Shown here: one piece after another, positions 38,108-46,075 of the stretch
Numbering within the stretch: the first letter of the stretch is position 1
Layout of the letters: every line of letters starts with the position of its first letter
Source of the DNA: an uncultured virus (IMG/VR IMGVR_UViG_3300010885_010158)
Lineage: Duplodnaviria > Heunggongvirae > Uroviricota > Caudoviricetes
Length of the DNA: 64,000 nucleotides
IMG/VR virus record: IMGVR_UViG_3300010885_010158
Strand: one strand, 5' to 3'
Position numbers and translations under genes: made by a program
Notes under the pieces: generated by a model
Told to the model about the DNA's origin: nothing
Databases searched by the model: none
What the model saw: only the letters and a program-made list of their open reading frames with translations

Positions 38108-38336
38108 AGACGAAGACTTAGCAAAACTTAGTTATGAACTAGATGATCTTATGCATAGATTGTGCATGGAATATAAAATATCTCCTTTGGTATTATCATC
38201 GATTGTGATAGCAAGATTATCTCACTTAAACGTTGCAGCAAAATCTGTAGATGATTATGTAAATTTATTGTTGACTGTTACTAATATGGACTTCACAGTA
38301 TTAAATGACAAGCAAGAACCTGTACAGGTGCATTAA
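38100..38336 (+). CDS. Hypothetical protein
   Basis: GGAG SD, ATG 38100. Confidence 0.65.
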   Translation: MIKDEDLAKLSYELDDLMHRLCMEYKISPLVLSSIVIARLSHLNVAAKSVDDYVNLLLTVTNMDFTVLNDKQEPVQVH

Positions 38337-38500
38337 TGTATAAAGTAACTTATTATATAAACGGTTCGACAGTACAATTCAAATGGTTTAAAACTTTTCA
38401 CGAAGCTACGGATTATTGTATTAATAAAATACCAACCGGAGAAGTACTAGAGATTAAAAAATATGATGACCCGGAGAAATTTCACTATCATGGAGATTAA
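38336..38500 (+). CDS. Small hypothetical protein (54 aa)
   Basis: TAATG overlap; MYKVTYYINGSTVQFKWF...; not in ORF track. Confidence 0.55.
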   Translation: MYKVTYYINGSTVQFKWFKTFHEATDYCINKIPTGEVLEIKKYDDPEKFHYHGD

Positions 38501-39176
38501 ACTTGTTTCCTATTCACAACCAACCGAATCATATAGATCTATGGGTATCGAAGATGCGCAGGAACTCATTGCGTATTGTGCCCGTGTCTCCAATCCAACC
38601 AACCAACTTAACACCGAATCATCAGCAAAACTCATCTCATACCTCATCAAACACCAGCACTGGTCACCACTCGAAATGGTCTCAGCATGCATGGAAATCA
38701 CCACAACAAGAGATATCGCAAGACAAATGTTGCGACACAGAAGTTTTAGCTTCCAAGAATTCAGTCAACGATATGCTGATCCTACTAAAGACTTGTCGTT
38801 TGTACTTAGAGAAGCACGAAAGCAAGATCCCACTAATAGACAAAACAGTGTAAAGCTAAGTGGCCTCACACTTACTGAACAAAACTTGATCGAACAATGG
38901 AAGTGGAAACAAGAAGAAGTTATATCTGCTGCTGAACATGCATATGATTGGGCAATTAATAATGGTATTGCTAAAGAACAAGCACGCGCAGTATTGCCAG
39001 AAGGTTTGACCGTAAGTAGATTGTATATGAATGGCACATTAAGATCTTGGGTGCACTTTATTGAGTTACGTAGTGGACATGGCACTCAACAGGAGCACAT
39101 GGAAGTAGCTCGAGGATGCGCTCAGGTCATCTCAAAAATTTTCCCCTTGATGGATACATTGGTACAGAAAGATTGA
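38490..39176 (+). CDS. thyX: Flavin-dependent thymidylate synthase
   Basis: HWSPLE, RHRSFSFQEFSQRY ThyX motif, AKEQARAVLP. Confidence 0.96.
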   Translation: MEIKLVSYSQPTESYRSMGIEDAQELIAYCARVSNPTNQLNTESSAKLISYLIKHQHWSPLEMVSACMEITTTRDIARQMLRHRSFSFQEFSQRYADPTKDLSFVLREARKQDPTNRQNSVKLSGLTLTEQNLIEQWKWKQEEVISAAEHAYDWAINNGIAKEQARAVLPEGLTVSRLYMNGTLRSWVHFIELRSGHGTQQEHMEVARGCAQVISKIFPLMDTLVQKD

Positions 39177-39217
39177 CGTAACCAGGAGCTGCCGGTGAGT
39201 AATAAAAAGGTTAACAA

Positions 39218-39230
39218 AATCAATGCCTTA
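39218..39230 (+). promoter_or_regulatory. IHF consensus site
   Basis: AATCAATGCCTTA = WATCAANNNNTTR. Confidence 0.5.
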
Positions 39231-39231
39231 C

Positions 39232-39260
39232 AAAAGGACCCTCCAAGGGGTCCTTTTTTT
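39232..39260. terminator. Bidirectional terminator
   Basis: AAAAGGACCC-TCCAAG-GGGTCCTTTTTTT. Confidence 0.85.
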
Positions 39261-39351
39261 AACTTTTTTTACGGTATGAAAAGCTTCCAGATCCAACGCC
39301 GTCCGTGCAAGTCTATGATTTCATTAGCGAATAAATTTTTAGGGGGGCCTA

Positions 39352-39380
39352 TGTACAAACTGCGGGTTTCAGGGTATAAT
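39352..39380 (+). promoter_or_regulatory. Phage early promoter
   Basis: GGGGGGCCTA-TGTACA-N17-TATAAT. Confidence 0.85.
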
Positions 39381-39409
39381 GGTTACATAAATTGAAAAAG
39401 GAAAACATT

Positions 39410-39685
39410 ATGACACACACAGAAAAATTAGCTTGGGAAAAACAAGCATACGGTATGACAGCAGCAGAAGTAGATCAGATGGTAAAGCAACAAGCTTTCC
39501 CCGGTACTGAGATGATGTTTGCAGCTGGTCTTATAAGCGATGCTCAACATGTTATTGATGCAGAATTTAATGCTGATGGTTGGGTTTCTCCACAACGTGC
39601 AAATCAAGCACGTCAATACATGAATATTGCAAAAAAGATTATGTTCGATATGATGGATAATTCTGAAGAAAGAAAGGCAGCTTAA
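39410..39685 (+). CDS. Hypothetical early protein
   Basis: AAGGA SD, ATG 39410. Confidence 0.75.
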   Translation: MTHTEKLAWEKQAYGMTAAEVDQMVKQQAFPGTEMMFAAGLISDAQHVIDAEFNADGWVSPQRANQARQYMNIAKKIMFDMMDNSEERKAA

Positions 39686-39686
39686 T

Positions 39687-40019
39687 ATGTCAAAGACTAA
39701 ACGTACAGATTCTTATGTTTTTACCGCAGATCCTCAGTCAGTTGCTGACATGCAACAGATCGATATTGTTAAGAAGACAGTTAAAGCTATCAACTTAAAC
39801 AATGCTCAGTCTTACAAATACGCATGTCGTACTGCTGAATATCGTGGTGAACCATTACCTAAAAAACCAAGTCGTCTACGTGTTCGTTTGATGGGACGTG
39901 GTCCACGTCGTGTACATGCAAACCTACGATATGGTGGTCGTCATAACAGTGCTTATGATGCATATTTGCCACAGAAACATGCTACTCATTTCGATATCTA
40001 TATTGCGAATGTACGATAA
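39687..40019 (+). CDS. Hypothetical basic protein
   Basis: 110 aa, RVRLMGRGPR motif. Confidence 0.75.
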   Translation: MSKTKRTDSYVFTADPQSVADMQQIDIVKKTVKAINLNNAQSYKYACRTAEYRGEPLPKKPSRLRVRLMGRGPRRVHANLRYGGRHNSAYDAYLPQKHATHFDIYIANVR

Positions 40020-40192
40020 TGAGATATACTGACACAGTAACCATCGTAGATGGCGTGAAGTTTACAGTATGTGAACCACGTAAAATTAAAGCAGCACAAC
40101 GAACATTTCCTAATCGCACAGGAACTATATGGAAAATCGGTGCACGTAATGCCAATTTGATTAGTAATAACTTTAAGAAAGGAAAAGCATGA
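40019..40192 (+). CDS. Small hypothetical protein (57 aa)
   Basis: TAATG overlap; not in ORF track. Confidence 0.55.
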   Translation: MRYTDTVTIVDGVKFTVCEPRKIKAAQRTFPNRTGTIWKIGARNANLISNNFKKGKA

Positions 40193-40362
40193 GTCGCATG
40201 AAGGAACTTGCAATGGACATAGAAGAAAACTTGCGTCAAGGTTATAAACCAATGACTATAGCAGCAATACTAAATGTTCCATTAGAAATAGTAGAAGACG
40301 TTGAAAAAAACTTAATGCAACTTGCAGATCCACGTTTTTTTGGACCAGATTATGATCAATAA
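40189..40362 (+). CDS. Small hypothetical protein (57 aa, HTH-like)
   Basis: ATGA overlap, AAGGA SD; MSRMKELAMDIEE...IAAILNVPLE. Confidence 0.6.
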   Translation: MSRMKELAMDIEENLRQGYKPMTIAAILNVPLEIVEDVEKNLMQLADPRFFGPDYDQ

Positions 40363-40376
40363 GAAAGGCGGATAGC

Positions 40377-40787
40377 GTGGTGGTTTATATAAAACAATCG
40401 AGATATCTTACCGCTGAAAAGCGTGAAGAGTTATACAATGCATCCTCACTTTTTTTAAATGAATTGTTAGGTAAAAAAGACGGTAAAGTTTACGTTGAAA
40501 TATCAGTCCGTGGTAAAGGTTTACAAGATCATATAGATGGTTATTGTCTATGCACAGAAGACTATGATAATGGTAAACCTAAAGAGATTATGGTAGAGAT
40601 CAGGGGCGATCGAGGTTTAGACTATGCTATTAAGTGTTTAGCTCATGAATTAGTGCATGTCTGGCAAATGATGACTGGTAGGATCGACAATAAAGCATAT
40701 AAAGGGAATCATTATCATTCTCCATGGGAGATAGAAGCCAGAGAATTAGAACAGCCATTGTATGAATTATACGTAAAGAATAGTTAA
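40377..40787 (+). CDS. Zincin-like metallopeptidase
   Basis: LAHELVHVWQ and PWEIEA motifs. Confidence 0.8.
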   Translation: MVVYIKQSRYLTAEKREELYNASSLFLNELLGKKDGKVYVEISVRGKGLQDHIDGYCLCTEDYDNGKPKEIMVEIRGDRGLDYAIKCLAHELVHVWQMMTGRIDNKAYKGNHYHSPWEIEARELEQPLYELYVKNS

Positions 40788-40813
40788 GTAGTGTCATAAT
40801 GTAGTACTTTTCA

Positions 40814-40840
40814 AGGGGGTTTCATGCCCCCTCTTTTTTT
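40814..40840 (+). terminator. Rho-independent terminator
   Basis: AGGGGG-TTTCATG-CCCCCT then T run. Confidence 0.75.
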
Positions 40841-40841
40841 A

Positions 40842-40849
40842 TATAAATA
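40842..40849 (+). promoter_or_regulatory. Late promoter TATAAATA
   Basis: Exact consensus opening late accessory block. Confidence 0.85.
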
Positions 40850-40902
40850 GATCTTGTATATGTCAGTTGCCATTTAGAGCAACAGTAACATGGAGCAAGG
40901 TT

Positions 40903-41871
40903 GTGGCACAAAGTCAATATAAGAAACTTACACCCAGTGAATTGTTAAAACCTGGGCGAGAAGGCAGAGGACCAACATTAATCAAGAAAATTGAAGAAGG
41001 ACAAGACTTCGTTTTATTTTCTGGTGGAGTTGTGAAATTTAAAAATGATAGTGCTATTCTTGGAGCAATAGCTCAAGGATTAAAACAAGGCAGCAATGAT
41101 TTGCTAAATGCTATTCGCTTAACGACCACTACAAACAAACAATATAAGATATCTGATCTTGCAAAAACGGCAGAATTCGGTGGTAAAGGTGCTGGATCTG
41201 GCACAGTAGCTGAGTCAATAGCATTAACAGATATTCAAGCTAAATTGCAAGCGATCTTAATTAAAGAAAACAAACCATTTATTAAAGTTGACATAAATGG
41301 AAAAGTAATTCAATGTTCTAATTTTCAAAAGACTGATGGAACACCTAAAAGCGACTTTCATATATTAGATCCTAAAGGTAAAGAGGTTGCATGGATCTCC
41401 CATAAAAAGGGTACACGTGCAAAAGATTTCCAACAATATGGTGGCATGATTGAATTGTCTCCGTCAGAAGAACTAGATACATTTGTAAAAGATGTAAAGA
41501 ATACATTAGCAAGTAATGGTTCTGCTGGAGTTTTACCTATGAAGACGGCGTATTATCAAAAAGTTAAAGATAAACGCACTCGTATGAAAACTCTTTTTGG
41601 TAAAGATTTTAAAACTTCAGGTCCTGATTCTAGACAAAACATTGATGTCTTATATCAAGGAGTATTAGATTTTAAAAAAGGCACTGGCGGTATTTACACT
41701 ATCACTAGTAGTCATACAGTATTTCATGGTAAAGAACCAACTGGTGATTATGAACCATATTATTATATTAGACCAGAACAAGCTAAAACACAATTCGGAG
41801 TTAGAGGCGGTAGATTTTTTATCGTAGCTAAATTAACAGCAATTTCAAATAAGAATGCGACAGAGATATGA
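40903..41871 (+). CDS. Putative PD-(D/E)xK nuclease
   Basis: GGAG SD with GTG 40903; TPKSDFHI...WISHK catalytic-like motif. Confidence 0.55.
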   Translation: MAQSQYKKLTPSELLKPGREGRGPTLIKKIEEGQDFVLFSGGVVKFKNDSAILGAIAQGLKQGSNDLLNAIRLTTTTNKQYKISDLAKTAEFGGKGAGSGTVAESIALTDIQAKLQAILIKENKPFIKVDINGKVIQCSNFQKTDGTPKSDFHILDPKGKEVAWISHKKGTRAKDFQQYGGMIELSPSEELDTFVKDVKNTLASNGSAGVLPMKTAYYQKVKDKRTRMKTLFGKDFKTSGPDSRQNIDVLYQGVLDFKKGTGGIYTITSSHTVFHGKEPTGDYEPYYYIRPEQAKTQFGVRGGRFFIVAKLTAISNKNATEI

Positions 41872-42251
41872 TAACTTTCAAAGAATACTTACAAGAAGAA
41901 CACGGCGCAGGAGAATGGGGAACAACCAAACTTACTAAGCGTTATAAGAAAGATACTCCTGGCCAAGATGATAAAGAAGACATCAAAGAATATGCTGTTG
42001 ATGCTAAAGGACATAAGTCGTCTACTGGTGGATTAACACAAAAAGGTGTTGATGCTTATAAGAGAGAAAATCCAGGTAGTAAACTTCAAACAGCTGTAAC
42101 TACTAAACCTTCCAAATTAAAACCAGGAAGTAAAGCTGCTAATCGTCGTAAATCATTTTGTGCTCGTATGAGCGGCGTTGATGGTCCTATGAAAGACGAA
42201 AAGGGTAGACCAACTAGAAAAGCTTTGGCTTTAAGAAAGTGGAATTGCTAA
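41868..42251 (+). CDS. Putative internal head protein (basic; RRKSFCARM motif)
   Basis: N-terminus MITFKEYLQEE resembles T4 capsid-targeting sequence. Confidence 0.7.
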   Translation: MITFKEYLQEEHGAGEWGTTKLTKRYKKDTPGQDDKEDIKEYAVDAKGHKSSTGGLTQKGVDAYKRENPGSKLQTAVTTKPSKLKPGSKAANRRKSFCARMSGVDGPMKDEKGRPTRKALALRKWNC

Positions 42252-43387
42252 TGATTACTTTTAAAGATTTCTTGTTTGAGGCTACATCAGTAGATGATGA
42301 GATGCTTGGTCATCTAACACATACTAAAGATTTACCTCATGAAGATTCACGATATGGCAATGCAGCTATAGATCTAATACACCAGTTTCATAAGCTTCGT
42401 AAAGGCGAGAAGAGCGAAGTGTCTGCTTCATTGAAAACCGATGGCGGTTCATCTGTGCATGTAGTACACGATGCCAAGGGTGTGGGTGTATCAGATAAAC
42501 ATAGAATTGCAAGAGGAGTTATCGCAAGAACTCCTGAAGAAGTAGATCAACATTTTGGGCATCAACCACAATATGCGCATGCATTAAAACATCTATTGAA
42601 ACACGGTCATGAGATCGTAAGTAAAGGACATCATATTCAAGGTGATTTGTTACATACACCAAAAGATGAAACTACCAAACAAAGTAAAGATACTACTACA
42701 ACAACTCCAAATAGAATCACTTATAAAGCAAAGACAAAAGCTCCTATTGGATTGGCTATACATACTGAAATAACTAAAGGCGTTGCTCATGCACCGTCTA
42801 AAGGTGCTGTGAAGAAAAGTAGTAATGTGTTTGTCCCAACATATACGTTTAATCATAAAGAACATCCATATACAGCTGAAGATCAAGCACACGTAGAACA
42901 TCATTTGACTGCTGCTAAAAAATTAATGGATGATCATTCTACACATCACTTAACACCTGATCATACTAGCCATTTTACAATATACTTAAATAGAACTACG
43001 CGAAGAGGAGAAGCACCTTCAATTGCTGGATATAAAAAGCATTTGGCTGGTGAAGGAGAAAAAGCAGCTGGTAAATTAAAGACAGCAGTTGGTAAAGAAA
43101 AAGTTATGTCAAAATTTAATACATTATCTAATCACGTTGATACTCATAAAGAACATTTCCAACGTTCATTAGATATTCGCCATCATTTAGGTCAAGCAAC
43201 TGAGCATGCATTGAAGGGTATAAATCATCCTGATATGGAAACATCTATTGATAATAAGAAATCTCCTGGTGAAGGTATAGTATTACAGAAAAAACACAAT
43301 GGAAAATTAAGACCAGTTTCGAAACTTGTTCCAGTCAAAGTTTCTAATGCTATCTTAAACAATCCAAGATTCGCTAAGGAAAAATAA
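42251..43387 (+). CDS. His-rich ligase/nucleotidyltransferase-like protein with capsid-targeting-like N-terminus
   Basis: MITFKDFLFEA; LKTDGG, QGDLL, GEGIVL, KLV motifs. Confidence 0.6.
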   Translation: MITFKDFLFEATSVDDEMLGHLTHTKDLPHEDSRYGNAAIDLIHQFHKLRKGEKSEVSASLKTDGGSSVHVVHDAKGVGVSDKHRIARGVIARTPEEVDQHFGHQPQYAHALKHLLKHGHEIVSKGHHIQGDLLHTPKDETTKQSKDTTTTTPNRITYKAKTKAPIGLAIHTEITKGVAHAPSKGAVKKSSNVFVPTYTFNHKEHPYTAEDQAHVEHHLTAAKKLMDDHSTHHLTPDHTSHFTIYLNRTTRRGEAPSIAGYKKHLAGEGEKAAGKLKTAVGKEKVMSKFNTLSNHVDTHKEHFQRSLDIRHHLGQATEHALKGINHPDMETSIDNKKSPGEGIVLQKKHNGKLRPVSKLVPVKVSNAILNNPRFAKEK

Positions 43388-44007
43388 TGCAAACGTTTTC
43401 AAACTTCCTTAAGGAAGAAACAGAAGCTAAACACGCAACTCTCGCATATGGTCGCATGAATCCTCCAACATCTGGTCATCTTAAAGTAATTAATAAAGTG
43501 CAAGAAGTTGCTAAGAAACATGGAGGTGAGCATCACATGATCGTATCACATTCTCAAGATTCTAAAAAGAATCCACTATCTGGTGAACAGAAGGTTAAAC
43601 ACCTTAAACGTTATGCACCTGGCGCAAACATCCGTTCATCATCAAAAGAAAATCCTACACTGTTCTCACACGCTGCTGAGCTACATAAGAAAGGTGTAAC
43701 GCATTTACACGTTGTTGCTGGTTCAGATCGTGTATCAGAATATAAAAAGAAGTTTAAAGAATTGAACGGTAAACCAAACAAAGACGGTCATGTGCCATTC
43801 CATTTTAAAAAGATCACAGTTCATTCTGCTGGTACAAGAGATCCAGATGCTGAAGGTGATACAGGAGTGTCAGGTACAAAGATGCGTGGTCATGCTGCGG
43901 GTAACGACTTTAAGTCATTCCGCAAAGGTGTTCCAAGCCATGTATCAGATGAACATGCACACGAATTAATGCATGATGTACGTAAGGGTATGGGCCATAA
44001 CGATTAA
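43387..44007 (+). CDS. HIGH-family nucleotidyltransferase (cytidyltransferase/NMNAT-like), His-rich
   Basis: MQTFSNFLKEE; YGRMNPPTSGH, KNPL, VAGSDR, SGTKMR. Confidence 0.85.
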   Translation: MQTFSNFLKEETEAKHATLAYGRMNPPTSGHLKVINKVQEVAKKHGGEHHMIVSHSQDSKKNPLSGEQKVKHLKRYAPGANIRSSSKENPTLFSHAAELHKKGVTHLHVVAGSDRVSEYKKKFKELNGKPNKDGHVPFHFKKITVHSAGTRDPDAEGDTGVSGTKMRGHAAGNDFKSFRKGVPSHVSDEHAHELMHDVRKGMGHND

Positions 44008-44021
44008 CTGAAAGTAATATC

Positions 44022-44294
44022 ATGTCTACAAAACTCCAGCGCAAGAAGAAACAGCGCACTGGTTGGTATGAATTAGAGTATGAAGAATTAGCTAAACCTA
44101 AGAAAGGTCCGACTAAAAGGGCTAGCACTAGGAAATACTATTCCACGAAAGTTACATATTGTAGCATGAGAGAAGAAGAGTATTTAAATATAGCAGATAG
44201 GATAGTTGGTCTTTCCCCAGAATCACATAGGATGACTATATTAACATCAGAAGGTCAACAAGAATTTGATCAAGATGATGATGAAATAGATTAA
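44022..44294 (+). CDS. Hypothetical protein
   Basis: 90 aa ORF, basic N-terminus, acidic C-terminus. Confidence 0.55.
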   Translation: MSTKLQRKKKQRTGWYELEYEELAKPKKGPTKRASTRKYYSTKVTYCSMREEEYLNIADRIVGLSPESHRMTILTSEGQQEFDQDDDEID

Positions 44295-44312
44295 TCTTGT
44301 AACCTAAACTAT

Positions 44313-44320
44313 TATAAATA
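44313..44320 (+). promoter_or_regulatory. Late promoter TATAAATA
   Basis: Exact consensus. Confidence 0.85.
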
Positions 44321-44328
44321 AGAGTGAA

Positions 44329-44418
44329 CCAGTTATAAAATTTGATGGAATTGAAATAGAAGCTGTTAACTGGGACCGCTTCGTAAGATGTTCAATTCGA
44401 TTATTATCACACGTGGTT
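44329..44418 (+). promoter_or_regulatory. Putative pseudoknotted late leader RNA
   Basis: GAATTGAA/TTCAATTC and GAAGC/GCTTC nested stems; CCAGTTA pairs with loop TAACTGG. Confidence 0.55.
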
Positions 44419-44429
44419 AATGGGAAAAT

Positions 44430-44876
44430 ATGTTAAAGTTTAAAGAATATTCACAGGAATTCGATCTTCAATTAGAGTCAATACAATTGACAGACGAAGA
44501 AGTATCTGAGCTTAATGAAGTTTTAGATACATCTGCTCGAATCAAAAGAAAACAACAGTTCATTCGTCGTGGCGCTCGCATTGCCATGCAACGTAAAGTA
44601 CAGCAACGTAGGTTCGCTAGTCCTGAACGATTGAAAGTTAGATCAAAACAGAGGGCAAAGAACCTCTTAATAAGACGCCTTTATCAAGGTCGTTCTAGAT
44701 CACAAATTCCCCTCGCACAAAGAAAACAAGTAGATATTAAATTAGGTCGCATGAAGAATGCTGTCAATCGCTTATCTCAAAAATTAATAAAACGCGTTCG
44801 ACAAGAAGATATTGCAAGAAAAACAAAAAATAGAAACTTACCAAAATTTGATAGTAAGAGTCAAGTAGGATTTTAA
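44430..44876 (+). CDS. Arg/Lys-rich putative internal (core/DNA-condensing) protein
   Basis: MLKFKEYSQE, acidic leader ending LNE, then very basic domain. Confidence 0.7.
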   Translation: MLKFKEYSQEFDLQLESIQLTDEEVSELNEVLDTSARIKRKQQFIRRGARIAMQRKVQQRRFASPERLKVRSKQRAKNLLIRRLYQGRSRSQIPLAQRKQVDIKLGRMKNAVNRLSQKLIKRVRQEDIARKTKNRNLPKFDSKSQVGF

Positions 44877-44878
44877 TT

Positions 44879-45817
44879 ATGAAGCAATTTAAAGAATATC
44901 TTAAAGAAACGAGTGGTAAAGTTACATTGACGTTTGGTCATTTCAATCCACCAAACATTGAAAACGAAAAGCTAATTAATAAAGTATATGAATCTGCCGA
45001 AGGTGGACCATATAGGATCTATACATCGCAAGAATGTGATGAACATTCTCCATTAGAGTATAGTACAAAAGTTAAATTCATGCGCAAGATATTTCCGCGT
45101 CATGCACGTTCTATAATTAGTGATTCGAATATCGTAGATCTGTATGGTGCATTAGATTCTTTATATGAACAAGGTTATACTAAAGTTGATTTAGTGATGC
45201 CTAATATTCCTAAAGAACTTGAAGAGCAAGTTAATAATTATAATAGATCTAGATATAATTTTAAGTCAATAGATTTTATCTCTGTTGATACACATAATAT
45301 TGAACAAAAAATAATTGAAGCTGCTAAAAATAATAACTTTGAATTGTTTGTTAAAAGTTTACCTTCGACATTAAAAGAAGGACATAAGTTATATAATGCT
45401 CTTCGTTCAGCACTCGGTTTAAAAGAAACATTTAACTTTAGGCAACATATCCAACTTCCTACATTATCCAAAGAACGCGAAGCTTATGTAAACGGAGAGT
45501 TGTTTAAAGTAGGTGATGTAGTTGAAGTTAAAGAGACTAAAGAGATTGGTCAAATTCAAAGACTCGGATCAAATTATGTAATCATTGAAACATATGAAGG
45601 CAACAAACAACGTAAGTGGTTGAAAGACGTTGTTAAAGTCGAAGAGGCTGTCATCAATCAAATGCTTGAGAAGATGGGTAATCCTTGCTGGTCTGGTTAT
45701 ACAATGGTTGGAACAAAAGAAAAATCAGGTAAAACAGTGCCTAACTGTGTGCCTATAAATAAGAAAAACAAAATTAAGTCTTTCAAAGAAGACTTATCAA
45801 CATTTAATGGGAAATAA
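44879..45817 (+). CDS. Degenerate nucleotidyltransferase paralogue with SH3/KOW-like domain
   Basis: MKQFKEYLKE; FGHFNPPNIEN (HIGH lost); FKVGDVVEV; PCWSGY...PNCVP. Confidence 0.7.
   Translation: MKQFKEYLKETSGKVTLTFGHFNPPNIENEKLINKVYESAEGGPYRIYTSQECDEHSPLEYSTKVKFMRKIFPRHARSIISDSNIVDLYGALDSLYEQGYTKVDLVMPNIPKELEEQVNNYNRSRYNFKSIDFISVDTHNIEQKIIEAAKNNNFELFVKSLPSTLKEGHKLYNALRSALGLKETFNFRQHIQLPTLSKEREAYVNGELFKVGDVVEVKETKEIGQIQRLGSNYVIIETYEGNKQRKWLKDVVKVEEAVINQMLEKMGNPCWSGYTMVGTKEKSGKTVPNCVPINKKNKIKSFKEDLSTFNGK
45754..45761 (+). promoter_or_regulatory. Late promoter TATAAATA
   Basis: Exact consensus near 3' end of upstream CDS. Confidence 0.65.
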
Positions 45818-45819
45818 AA

Positions 45820-46074
45820 ATGTCAGATAGATTAATTCAAGTATTGGGTACAGAAATAAGTCTCACCACAGCTAATACTGTTGATGGTGCACATGTTGTC
45901 CGCTTACATACCGGTGGTTCAGATACTTTAGCAACAATTAAAGATTCTAATGCAGTAACCATCGGTACAATTACTTTAAAGGCTGGTGACATAACGTTTA
46001 TAAAGAAAAGAGCGACTGATACAATTGCAACTGCTGCAGCAACTAAAGCAGTTTCAGTTGGTTTTGGGGATTAA
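45820..46074 (+). CDS. Small beta-rich virion-type protein
   Basis: 84 aa Thr/Ala-rich, late context. Confidence 0.7.
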   Translation: MSDRLIQVLGTEISLTTANTVDGAHVVRLHTGGSDTLATIKDSNAVTIGTITLKAGDITFIKKRATDTIATAAATKAVSVGFGD

Positions 46075-46075
46075 A

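Noticed and set aside
39195..39395. 66-aa ORF in the thyX downstream gap
   Set aside because: Spans a terminator, IHF-like sites and a promoter; better explained as regulatory DNA
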